From: a virus
IMG/VR virus record: IMGVR_UViG_3300047650_000023
Strand: one strand, 5' to 3'
DNA: 64,000 nucleotides
In this document: piece after piece, positions 1-9,078 of the stretch
Position numbering within the stretch: the first letter of the stretch is position 1
Layout: every line of letters starts with the position of its first letter
The notes under the pieces: generated by a model
The model's input: the letters and a program-made list of their open reading frames with translations, nothing else
Database searches by the model: none
What the model was told of the DNA's origin: nothing
Made by a program: the position numbers and the translations under genes

Positions 1-93
1 TCTTTCATCATTTCCGACGGTGTTTTCTCCATAAAAAAACTTCCTTCCATTCTCGTTTTCATTTATCTGAATTCTTGTCTGGAAGAAAGCTCT

Positions 94-327
94 TTATACA
101 CTTTTACACAAAATTTTCCGGAGTCTCATTTTTCTATTTAAACTTCCATCAAAATTTAATATTATCTCACCAAATTCACAACTTAATTCTGAAATAACTT
201 TTTTCGTATTTGTGATTTCTCTTGCAATTTTATCTGCGTCTACAATAATTGCACCAAAAGCACTCAAACGTTTTGCTACTGTGCTTTTACCAGAAGCAAT
301 TCCACCTGTTAATCCTATAATTTTCAA
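94..327 (-). pseudogene. coaE: Truncated dephospho-CoA kinase (N-terminal 77 aa only)
   Basis: N-terminus IIGLTGGIASGKSTV...IIVDADKIARE is the CoaE signature; ORF stops at 77 aa versus about 200 aa for typical CoaE. Confidence 0.75.
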
Positions 328-345
328 TTAGATTTCGTTCCTCCA

Positions 346-1311
346 CTAATTTATATTTTGATTTGTATACTTACTAATAAATTTAATTGCTTCTTCTGTT
401 GGTGTTACTATTAACCAATCTTCTTTATCTTGATCATAAATTGTATCAGCTTTTAAAATAAAATCCCCATTTTTCAATAGAATGCAATAATCATGATTTT
501 GATTATAAAAATGAAGACCGTCCCAATCAGGTCTGGTAGCATAAGAAAACGGTTTATTCTCAATTATTTTGTTTGCTTTATTCCATGAAAAATTTTTCTT
601 AATTACTGTTTTCCAAAACTTCATAAAACAATTTCCTTGTATTAAATTATTTTTAATTTCAGATACATAAATTTTATTTTCAATTGATTTAACAGTTGGA
701 CTATCTTTGTAAATAATCATATAATTATTTAATGCTTTCTTATAATATTTAATAGTTATATCTAGCTTATTTCTGTCAAAATAAACATCACCCATATTAT
801 TATAACAGTTAGCAACATTAAGACTCACTATGCCATCGGTTATTAAAAATATCCGAATTGACTTTCTAAAAGAAATTAATGAATTTCTATATTCATTTAA
901 TTTACTATAAGTTATAATCATGGATTGATAAATATGCGCCTTATCATAATATCCTACACCAGCACATTTAATAGAATCATTTTTATCAAGTTTAAGTGCC
1001 ATCTCAAAATGTTTTAATGCAAACCAATACTGACCAATATTATTATAAATGTTACCCAACAAGACACATATATCAGCTTTAAAATAAACATTTGAACTTT
1101 CTCTTAATGCGTTATTCAATTCAAAAATAGCTAAAACAGGATTATGATCTTCATGATAATACCATAATCCTTGATTCCGATATTGATGTGCTTTTTGGTT
1201 ATTAATTTCTTCTACAGAATCATTATTTATAACTCCTATATTACCACTACACACATCAACAGCATTAGTCCAAGAACTTAAAACATAGGAATCTAAGTAC
1301 ATAAATTGCAC
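346..1311 (-). CDS. Tetratricopeptide-repeat protein
   Basis: Repeated TPR-like helices (LLGNIYNNIGQYWFALKHFEMALKL; YNNMGDVYFDRNKLDITIKYYKKAL). Confidence 0.7.
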   Translation of the reverse strand: MQFMYLDSYVLSSWTNAVDVCSGNIGVINNDSVEEINNQKAHQYRNQGLWYYHEDHNPVLAIFELNNALRESSNVYFKADICVLLGNIYNNIGQYWFALKHFEMALKLDKNDSIKCAGVGYYDKAHIYQSMIITYSKLNEYRNSLISFRKSIRIFLITDGIVSLNVANCYNNMGDVYFDRNKLDITIKYYKKALNNYMIIYKDSPTVKSIENKIYVSEIKNNLIQGNCFMKFWKTVIKKNFSWNKANKIIENKPFSYATRPDWDGLHFYNQNHDYCILLKNGDFILKADTIYDQDKEDWLIVTPTEEAIKFISKYTNQNIN

Positions 1312-1396
1312 CTTCTTATAATTTTAGTAACCTAAAATGGTTGCTTTCTCATTATACAACCTATTTGAGTTGCATTTTAATCCTATCACCAATGTC

Positions 1397-1687
1397 TCAA
1401 TCTATTGGCTTTTTCATATATTTGTTTTGTTGATAATAACCATTAAAAACTTCTTTAGATACACTTCTATAATGAGGATCAATTTTTTCAGAGATAACGT
1501 TATTATTTAGCCAATCAATAGCTTCATCTTCAGTATCAAACTTATATGGTTTATTATTTTTATCAACATAAAAATTATGTTCAATATAATGTCTTTCATC
1601 AAACCATTGCATACATATAACAGTTACGTAATCTTTTGGCTCATAATAATAGATTTTATAATAAACACTTTCATCAAAATCATTCAT
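1397..1687 (-). CDS. Hypothetical phage protein
   Basis: ORF in co-directional early array; GGAGG upstream. Confidence 0.7.
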   Translation of the reverse strand: MNDFDESVYYKIYYYEPKDYVTVICMQWFDERHYIEHNFYVDKNNKPYKFDTEDEAIDWLNNNVISEKIDPHYRSVSKEVFNGYYQQNKYMKKPID

Positions 1688-1732
1688 ATAAATTTCCTCC
1701 TCCCATCAATGACGCATTTTATTTACTTGTAT

Positions 1733-2056
1733 TTAGTGAACACTTTTTGTTACTTCGCCCCATGCAGACATAAAATTATCCCACAATAGTTGTTCAATTT
1801 CATCTCTTTTATAATTCCATATTTTAATATATCCAAAAATATACTTTAAATCATAATCTCTCAATATATTTTCCTCTGATTTTTTAAAAACAAACATACT
1901 TTTATAATGTTTGATACTATAAAATCTTTGTATTTTTTCTTTAAGTTCATTAAATTGGTTTTTATACTTATTATTATTAAATTTCCAACATAAAATTTCA
2001 TATTTTAATTCTTTTTTCTGTAAAATATCATTCATTTTCTCAATTGATATTTGCAA
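1733..2056 (-). CDS. Hypothetical phage protein
   Basis: ORF in co-directional, tightly packed array. Confidence 0.65.
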   Translation of the reverse strand: MQISIEKMNDILQKKELKYEILCWKFNNNKYKNQFNELKEKIQRFYSIKHYKSMFVFKKSEENILRDYDLKYIFGYIKIWNYKRDEIEQLLWDNFMSAWGEVTKSVH

Positions 2057-2062
2057 ATTTAA

Positions 2063-2392
2063 TCATCCCATTTCTTTATAATTTGTTGCACAATATCCTA
2101 TACATTGAGGACATCCGTATTTTTTCATATAGTCTTCCTCGCCTATTCTTTTAACACACACATAATGAGTATCTTTCCACCCAATACGATTATCATTAGT
2201 AGATTCTTTGTTGATAACTATATCATCAACATCAAATAAATCATTTGTAATACCTTTCCATGTATCACGCCATTCTTCAACAATATATTGTTTCATTTCT
2301 AATTCATTGTTAAATTCTTTAGCTTCATCTAAAGATTCATTAAAATGTCCTCTGTGTGGTCTATAAATAATCATAATAAATTCTCCTATCAA
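2063..2392 (-). CDS. Hypothetical phage protein
   Basis: ORF in array; no functional motif recognised. Confidence 0.7.
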   Translation of the reverse strand: MIGEFIMIIYRPHRGHFNESLDEAKEFNNELEMKQYIVEEWRDTWKGITNDLFDVDDIVINKESTNDNRIGWKDTHYVCVKRIGEEDYMKKYGCPQCIGYCATNYKEMG

Positions 2393-2401
2393 AAACGTAT
2401 T

Positions 2402-2743
2402 CTATGCTGTTTTATATATTTCACCTTTTCCAATACAGTCTATTGAAATTTTTATCAATCCACTAAAATCAACATTTACAAAAATACTCTTTTCAGTAAT
2501 ATCTTCTACTTTACCTTCCCATAATGAACAATTGTGATATACAACTACATTATCACCTATTTTAATTTCACTTATATTTTCATATTCGGAACAAAATATA
2601 TCCCAATGATTAATAACAAGTTTACTTATTTCGTGACTATAAAAATTTTTCATAACTTTCTCCTTTTCATCTCCGATAGAAGACATATTTGGTTCACTAT
2701 TTAAACAACTTTTTATTTTTATTAGCGTGATGATTCTTACCAT
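2402..2743 (-). CDS. Hypothetical phage protein (start uncertain)
   Basis: ORF in array; annotated 5' end overlaps the upstream gene. Confidence 0.55.
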   Translation of the reverse strand: MVRIITLIKIKSCLNSEPNMSSIGDEKEKVMKNFYSHEISKLVINHWDIFCSEYENISEIKIGDNVVVYHNCSLWEGKVEDITEKSIFVNVDFSGLIKISIDCIGKGEIYKTA

Positions 2744-3341
2744 AGTCTAATACTTCTTTGATTTTATTCTTATCTTTACCACATGCCCACATAAAACTAT
2801 TCATATAACCTATCATCTGTTCAGTTATGAATTTTTTATAATTTTCCGTACCTTCACCATATATTTTGTTCCACTTTTCCTCAGTTTCCCAACAATTTAA
2901 ATGTGTAGGGATACTATATATTGCTCCTAAACATCCATCTTTATCATTTTGATTTTCAATATCATCACTTGGGTTATAACGTTTACACTCATTACAAGAC
3001 TTATATTTATCTCGGAATTCTTCACATGGCACTTTACCTTCCAATGCAATATCTAAGTCTTTAAAGTCACTTTTAGAAAGCAATTCTTGAATCATTTCAT
3101 TAGCAATTATATATACATCTGTTTCGTTTATATCACAAGGATATGATATAAAATTAGCAACAAATGTATTATTGTCAAATAGCCAAAAATACGTATATTT
3201 ATTATTATAAAATATATCTTCACAATAAACTTCTATAGGTCTATTATATTGTAAAATCTTATGAGGCTTATCTATCCTTGCAATAAGCCTCATATTTTCA
3301 TGCCATGGTTTCATTTTATCTAATGTTATTTCATTAAACAT
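2697..3341 (-). CDS. Hypothetical Cys-containing phage protein
   Basis: 214-aa ORF with CxxC-like clusters. Confidence 0.7.
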   Translation of the reverse strand: MFNEITLDKMKPWHENMRLIARIDKPHKILQYNRPIEVYCEDIFYNNKYTYFWLFDNNTFVANFISYPCDINETDVYIIANEMIQELLSKSDFKDLDIALEGKVPCEEFRDKYKSCNECKRYNPSDDIENQNDKDGCLGAIYSIPTHLNCWETEEKWNKIYGEGTENYKKFITEQMIGYMNSFMWACGKDKNKIKEVLDYGKNHHANKNKKLFK

Positions 3342-3388
3342 TCAATTTCATCCTTCCATATATAAGCATATATTTGGGTAGTATAAAT

Positions 3389-3664
3389 TTATAAATTATA
3401 TTTCTTTTTATGTTCTAATTTTTTATGTTCCTCTGCTTCATCACAAGCTTTTAGAATTTCTTTATAAAACCAATTATTAGATTTAACGTGAATTAATTCT
3501 TTATTTAAATCATCAGTTGGATTACTAATATACAAACCATCTATAGAAGGAAAATTTTCGTAATCCTTTGGATAAATATTATATGAATCATCTCCGCATT
3601 TACTATATTTTGCTTTATACAAAATACCATTTACTTTAATACCATTCCACAAAAACTCAACCAT
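3389..3664 (-). CDS. Hypothetical phage protein
   Basis: ORF in array. Confidence 0.65.
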   Translation of the reverse strand: MVEFLWNGIKVNGILYKAKYSKCGDDSYNIYPKDYENFPSIDGLYISNPTDDLNKELIHVKSNNWFYKEILKACDEAEEHKKLEHKKKYNL

Positions 3665-3709
3665 AAATCTTCACTCCTTATAGATATTTTCCTTTTATAT
3701 ACAAGCAAA

Positions 3710-3862
3710 TTATACTTTTATTAACTTTATACTTTCAATAGCATAACCACTATCTTCTAAGTCCTGTTCAACAAGATATTTTAATGTTTCCTCATCTGAA
3801 TCATCATCGTCAAATTCTGCATTTAAAATAATTTCTAATTTTGATTTTATAATTTTGGACAT
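3710..3862 (-). CDS. Small acidic hypothetical protein
   Basis: Start moved to ATG of MSKII, preceded by GAGGTG. Confidence 0.55.
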   Translation of the reverse strand: MSKIIKSKLEIILNAEFDDDDSDEETLKYLVEQDLEDSGYAIESIKLIKV

Positions 3863-3884
3863 ATAACACACCTCAATGTTAATT

Positions 3885-4169
3885 TTATTGTAACAAATAA
3901 ATATGATCATTATTAATAATTCTTGCATCACCATTTATAATTTTTAATATATAATCTCTACCAAAAGTATTGACTTTAAACTTACCATTGTGCGCTTTTT
4001 CCGAATAACTACCACATGAATAAGTAAATTCACAATCTATTTTTTTATTAAAATTTTCAATTATTTCGTCAATAACGTCTTGTTTAGTATATTCATTATA
4101 CCTTGAAGAATTCCAATGTATTATCTTTGAAAGATTAGATTTATTACATTTAATTATTAATTGTTCCAT
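3885..4169 (-). CDS. Hypothetical phage protein
   Basis: ORF in array; start taken at MEQLI. Confidence 0.55.
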   Translation of the reverse strand: MEQLIIKCNKSNLSKIIHWNSSRYNEYTKQDVIDEIIENFNKKIDCEFTYSCGSYSEKAHNGKFKVNTFGRDYILKIINGDARIINNDHIYLLQ

Positions 4170-4360
4170 GTTATTGCACCAACTATAATTAACATAATAG
4201 CAGTAGCTATTGACCAACTTCCAACAATTTTACAAATGCCAAACGGAAAATCCTTTTCTTTTCTTTCAAAATAATTCATTCCAAATATACAAATTATAAA
4301 TACTATTATAAAAGTTGCAATACCTTTTAACAAACAAAACAATCCCATATCATGCACCAT
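4157..4360 (-). CDS. Small membrane protein
   Basis: Two hydrophobic segments; GAGG upstream. Confidence 0.6.
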   Translation of the reverse strand: MVHDMGLFCLLKGIATFIIVFIICIFGMNYFERKEKDFPFGICKIVGSWSIATAIMLIIVGAITWNN

Positions 4361-4409
4361 TTCATATTCCTCTTTTCTTTATAAATTAAATTATCATTAA
4401 ATTCGACTT

Positions 4410-4652
4410 TTATAAACTGTTTGCGGCATCAATAAGACTATCTGCCATATCGTTTAGTTTGCTTTTAATTTCCATTATAATAGAATCTGAAATAGCAATT
4501 GTGTTATCGCCCTCAAATTCTATATAATATCTTTCTGTGTCATAAGGTAAAAATAATGATAAAGATTTTTCATCCCAGTTCCATTGCTCAATTATAACAC
4601 CAATTTTAGATGTTCTTTCATTAACATGATTTTCGATTTCATTTGTATCCAT
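4410..4652 (-). CDS. Hypothetical phage protein
   Basis: AGGAGG upstream of ATG (MDTNE). Confidence 0.65.
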   Translation of the reverse strand: MDTNEIENHVNERTSKIGVIIEQWNWDEKSLSLFLPYDTERYYIEFEGDNTIAISDSIIMEIKSKLNDMADSLIDAANSL

Positions 4653-5003
4653 AACAATACTCCTCCTTAAAATCCTCACCAAGATACATTTCTATTAACT
4701 TTTTGTTTTATCTTCCAATTCTTTTAATCTTTTATATTCATTCATAATTTCTCTACAGTTTTTTGTCTCAAATTCACGCATTTTTCTTTTTGCTTCCTTG
4801 ATTTCTTCTGCACCATCAGTATCATGTAAATAAATTACTGGCATAATAATCATTCTTTCTTTCATAAAATATGTTCATCAAATCCACCATTGTTGGTATC
4901 TCAATTATATTCCAAATACTTTTTATTGTCAATAGTATTCTTATTAATTATTTAATTTATTTTAGTAACTCATCAAACAATTAAAATACCCAAATATAAC
5001 AAT

Positions 5004-5189
5004 TTAAAACAAATGACTTATTTTCCAAAACCATTTAAATCGTCTATAAATCACTTCGGTCTTATAATCAAATTTATATTTATCTCGTAATTCCTCTATA
5101 TATGTAATCACTTCATCCATAGTGAATCTTTGTTTTTTGTCAAATTTACTCAATGTCATAATAGCAATTTTATTTTTTGTTAGTTTCAT
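5004..5189 (-). CDS. Hypothetical phage protein
   Basis: GGAGG upstream of ATG. Confidence 0.6.
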   Translation of the reverse strand: MKLTKNKIAIMTLSKFDKKQRFTMDEVITYIEELRDKYKFDYKTEVIYRRFKWFWKISHLF

Positions 5190-5597
5190 AAAAACAGCCT
5201 CCCCTATTAATTTTCATTAATTAAAAGTTAACATTATAAAACAAACTTGTCAATGGTTAACTTGTGCTTAAAATAAACAGTATAATCCATTAAAACTGTT
5301 CTACTTAAAATATAATTTATTGATCATTCGTTTCGTCTTTTTATCTGACCAACCTTTACGTTTCTGACAAATAAGCATAGCTTCTTTTACTATATTATAT
5401 TCTTTTTCAAGACGTTCATAAATCACTTGATCAGGATTAAATATTTCTAAAGATTCAGACCACATAATATATACCTCCAATTATTTAATCATAAATTCAG
5501 ATTTTAAAACGGACAATTCTTTTGAATACTTTTCAAAGTCAGATTTATCATATTCGTCTAATGACTTATTTATTAACTGTTCGAGTTCATATATTCG

Positions 5598-5849
5598 TTA
5601 TTCTGCATCAAATTTAGGATGTAAAATAACATTAAATTTATGCTCAAGATCATTAAGAATTGTTTTGTATGAATAATAAGGTGATTCCATTCTATCAAGA
5701 TATTCCAAACATTCAAGTTTATTAAAAATATTTAATTCTTCATTGTTCATAATCAAATCAAATACTTTATCATAAGATAAACTCATTTCGTTATTATAAT
5801 CACTAACTGATTTTACAATATCATTTGAATCATTTTTAGAATTTTTCAT
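5598..5849 (-). CDS. Hypothetical phage protein
   Basis: ORF in array. Confidence 0.55.
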   Translation of the reverse strand: MKNSKNDSNDIVKSVSDYNNEMSLSYDKVFDLIMNNEELNIFNKLECLEYLDRMESPYYSYKTILNDLEHKFNVILHPKFDAE

Positions 5850-5867
5850 ACACTGTACATTTAATTA

Positions 5868-6170
5868 CTATAAATATTTCCTTTCCATATCTTTTAAAAA
5901 TTCTTGATAAGCAGGAGTATTTCTAACTTCTTTCATCTTTTTATTAAATTCATAATAAGATTTTCTACTCTTAAAAATCAAATCTCTACATTTACATGCT
6001 GATGGTTCTTTCTGATTTGTATGAAATTCTCTTGCAAGAATACAACTACTACAGCCTTGACACCTACCATCACAACTATTTGTATAGGGATCATAACAAC
6101 TTTTTTTAATATCTTCATCAGTATATTCTAATTCTGTTTTACATCTTTCAATAAATTTATCTGCTGTCAT
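5868..6170 (-). CDS. Cys-rich hypothetical phage protein
   Basis: CDGRCQGCSSC cluster. Confidence 0.65.
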   Translation of the reverse strand: MTADKFIERCKTELEYTDEDIKKSCYDPYTNSCDGRCQGCSSCILAREFHTNQKEPSACKCRDLIFKSRKSYYEFNKKMKEVRNTPAYQEFLKDMERKYL

Positions 6171-6208
6171 TTTAATTCTTCTTTCTTAACTCTTATAAAT
6201 CCACAGAT

Positions 6209-6481
6209 TCATTCACAATTTACTAAATTAAAAATTTCGTTCCAATCTTGATACTTTTGCAAATCCTCTTGTGGAACAAACAATTCAAATTTGTCTTCAA
6301 TTTCTGCTTGCGTTCCATAACCATTAAAACTAGGACATAACCCAATTTCAAAATCATTATGTTTTTCTATATTACAAAAAACAATAATATTATTCTCCCA
6401 ATTGTTCATGTGGCTTGCAAAGCATTGTATTTGAATCAATTCATTAGTTTTCTTATTTTTATATACATCAAACAATTTCAT
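6209..6481 (-). CDS. Hypothetical phage protein
   Basis: GAAAGG upstream; ORF in array. Confidence 0.65.
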   Translation of the reverse strand: MKLFDVYKNKKTNELIQIQCFASHMNNWENNIIVFCNIEKHNDFEIGLCPSFNGYGTQAEIEDKFELFVPQEDLQKYQDWNEIFNLVNCE

Positions 6482-6652
6482 AATTAATTTTCCTTTCTAA
6501 TTTACAGTAAAATCATGCTTTCATGAACTGTTATATTACTTTGCCAACAAGAATACCACTAAATATAATTGTTGCACATAAAAATCCAACTAAGAATCCT
6601 ATCCAGTAATTTTTATTCATTTATTTATCTCCTTACAAAATTATGTATTGCT

Positions 6653-6907
6653 TCACTTTTTATTATTTGTCATATGCCATTCTGCATAAAGCCATTCAGG
6701 AATATATCTATCTATGGGTTTTCTTCTGTCAAGTTCCATGACACACCATTCACTTGTTTCAATATCAAAACAATTACAACTAAATAAATTACTACGTTCA
6801 CCTCTTACATTTGTACAAGCTGGATCATAAGATAATATTTTTAATTCGTTACCATTTTTGAATTTCATATATACCTTCTCTTCTATTCTGTTAAATATCT
6901 TGTTCAC
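6653..6907 (-). CDS. Hypothetical phage protein
   Basis: ORF in array. Confidence 0.55.
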   Translation of the reverse strand: MNKIFNRIEEKVYMKFKNGNELKILSYDPACTNVRGERSNLFSCNCFDIETSEWCVMELDRRKPIDRYIPEWLYAEWHMTNNKK

Positions 6908-7124
6908 TACTTATAATAATGTCGCTCATATGATCAACAATAGATCGTACTGAATCATTACACATAACTTTATTCATTTCTTTTAAATACCTATAAAATT
7001 CTGTAAATTTATCATTGGCTATCACTTTACATTCTTGAATTTCCGTTTCTCTACAATTAATTTCATCATAAGCATATCTACAAGAACTTTCTTTTGAACA
7101 ATAGTCACAATCATAATCAGCCAT
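6891..7124 (-). CDS. Hypothetical phage protein
   Basis: N-terminal CDYC...C motif. Confidence 0.6.
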   Translation of the reverse strand: MADYDCDYCSKESSCRYAYDEINCRETEIQECKVIANDKFTEFYRYLKEMNKVMCNDSVRSIVDHMSDIIISSEQDI

Positions 7125-7468
7125 TATATATTTTCCTTCTTTCTATTTCGTTAAGTGCTCACAAAACCGCCCTTCTGTTATACCTGAACTAAATCTATTT
7201 CTACAGAAATTTTTCCATTATTATACCTAGCAGTCCCAAAATCCATTTTGACAAACCGTATTTGTCTTTCCTCTTTAATTAATTTATTATTAATATCATA
7301 ATAAAAATAGTCAACCTTATCACCAGTTTTATATTCATTCATTTCAAATAATCCTCTTGATTTTTATATTTCTGTTTTCTTGAATATACCTTATCACTAG
7401 ATTTGATACGAGTTACAGGACTAAACTGCCATGTCCTACGCTTCTTAGACAACTTCGATACATGTACC

Positions 7469-7714
7469 CTAACTGTTATTGCTTTCACTGTTATCACTTC
7501 CTCTACATAGATTACTGTTTACTATATCATTTTCTATTTCTTTGCTGTGTGTTATAACTTCCACATCTATACTACCCTTGTAGAAGGTAGCTATAAATCC
7601 TTCAGACATATCCCAACCATATTGCATTTGAAATAGTTTATATCCTTTTTCAATAATAGCTTGCTTTAAAATCAACCATTTTTCCATTGTCTCAATGCGT
7701 TTAGTGGTAGTCAT
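7469..7714 (-). CDS. Hypothetical phage protein
   Basis: GAGG upstream; ORF in array. Confidence 0.6.
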   Translation of the reverse strand: MTTTKRIETMEKWLILKQAIIEKGYKLFQMQYGWDMSEGFIATFYKGSIDVEVITHSKEIENDIVNSNLCRGSDNSESNNS

Positions 7715-7735
7715 TATTAATCCTCACCAAATATA

Positions 7736-8128
7736 TTATTGATCGGTTTCAAAACCAAATATCCAATATGGATATCCATTTGATACATTACAACCTTCCA
7801 TAATTAAAGTTAATTTAATTGGCTTATCATAATATTTAGAAAGAAATTTTTCGATATCTTCTGGTTGTCTTTGTGAAAAATATTGTCCTTCGTTATGCCA
7901 TACTTCTTTACAACACCTGTTATACTTTTCATAATTCCATTGATGAAGTCTATCTGAATATACTAAGGACGATTTATCTTTATTGTAATTATTTTTCCAC
8001 ACGACAAACTCATCATAGCTATATGGATATTCATACTTAGTTTTTCTCACTGGATTTCCTTTAATATCACAATAATCAAAATTAACAACACAACCATTCA
8101 TATCAAGCATAATTATCTTCCCTTTCAA
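7736..8128 (-). CDS. Hypothetical phage protein
   Basis: 130-aa ORF bounded by junction palindromes. Confidence 0.7.
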   Translation of the reverse strand: MKGKIIMLDMNGCVVNFDYCDIKGNPVRKTKYEYPYSYDEFVVWKNNYNKDKSSLVYSDRLHQWNYEKYNRCCKEVWHNEGQYFSQRQPEDIEKFLSKYYDKPIKLTLIMEGCNVSNGYPYWIFGFETDQ

Positions 8129-8147
8129 TCCATATCAAACAAGTTTT

Positions 8148-8423
8148 CTATAGTACTTTTACAGCTTTTTCAAAATCTACTCTGTCAAGCTTATCTTCAG
8201 CAAATTCACAATTCTTGTCGCAATATTGAAATTGAGTCATATCAGATTTTGCAACAATACAAAATTCTGGTATTTCATCAATAGGGAAATAATTGTTTAA
8301 TCCAAACACTTTAAAAACCCTATCAAGTTGATTATAATCTTTCATATAATAAGTATACCATGTTCCATCTCTTAAAAATTCCGGCTTAAAACCAATTTCC
8401 TTTAAATTTTCAAGTGTATACAT
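8148..8423 (-). CDS. Hypothetical phage protein
   Basis: AAAGGAG upstream. Confidence 0.65.
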   Translation of the reverse strand: MYTLENLKEIGFKPEFLRDGTWYTYYMKDYNQLDRVFKVFGLNNYFPIDEIPEFCIVAKSDMTQFQYCDKNCEFAEDKLDRVDFEKAVKVL

Positions 8424-8456
8424 AAAAATCTCCTTTCAAAATGTGTTTCAAATGAC

Positions 8457-8663
8457 TCATTTATTAACATTCAATATTTCAAGAGCATGGTGTAAGTTAT
8501 TAATTACGGTTACAGGATGTTCCCACACACCACCCACGTTAGTTCCGTCATCTTTTAAATACTTATACTGAATATAATCATCACCTAAAGGATTTATAAT
8601 TCTACACCACATATGAAGACCATTTTCAGTAATACATATTTCAACGAATTCATTATCTTTCAT
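8457..8663 (-). CDS. Hypothetical phage protein
   Basis: Start moved to MKDNE (GAAAGGA upstream). Confidence 0.6.
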   Translation of the reverse strand: MKDNEFVEICITENGLHMWCRIINPLGDDYIQYKYLKDDGTNVGGVWEHPVTVINNLHHALEILNVNK

Positions 8664-8679
8664 ATATATCAATCCTTTC

Positions 8680-8874
8680 TTATACAATTTCAAATCTATT
8701 ATTATAAATTTTCTTTTGAAGTTCAGCTGTGTTATACTTCCATTTACTTTTTTCAAATGTCACTTCATAATAATTATCTGTTATTTTATTTGCATGATAA
8801 ATAGAACCCTTAGTTATTTCATTAATATGTGAAATAAAATTAAACTCATCTGGTATTTTATAATATTGTTTCAT
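8680..8874 (-). CDS. Hypothetical phage protein
   Basis: AAAGGAG upstream. Confidence 0.6.
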   Translation of the reverse strand: MKQYYKIPDEFNFISHINEITKGSIYHANKITDNYYEVTFEKSKWKYNTAELQKKIYNNRFEIV

Positions 8875-8913
8875 GATTAACTCCTTTCGACTACCATAAA
8901 TCTCATAATTGGT

Positions 8914-9055
8914 TCACAGTTTGATATTTGCTTCAAATGGCATATCATTTCCCATAACCATATATGGCTTGAAGCGCCTCGTGTTCATTTTTAAGTATCT
9001 CCATTCCTAAATTAGTAAGTTTAATTTTTACCTCATTATTAATATTATAATCCAT
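8914..9055 (-). pseudogene. Probable frameshifted or internally deleted small phage gene
   Basis: Starts MDYNINNEVKIKLTNLG after GAAAGGA and stops at 36 aa; another frame reads PYMVMGNDMPFEANIKL* to a stop abutting a junction site. Confidence 0.4.
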
Positions 9056-9078
9056 GTCAGACATCCTTTCAAACTATA

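Noticed and set aside
346-1311. Arbitrium (AimR/AimP) system
   Set aside because: The TPR protein lacks an HTH, and no adjacent secreted-peptide gene is visible.
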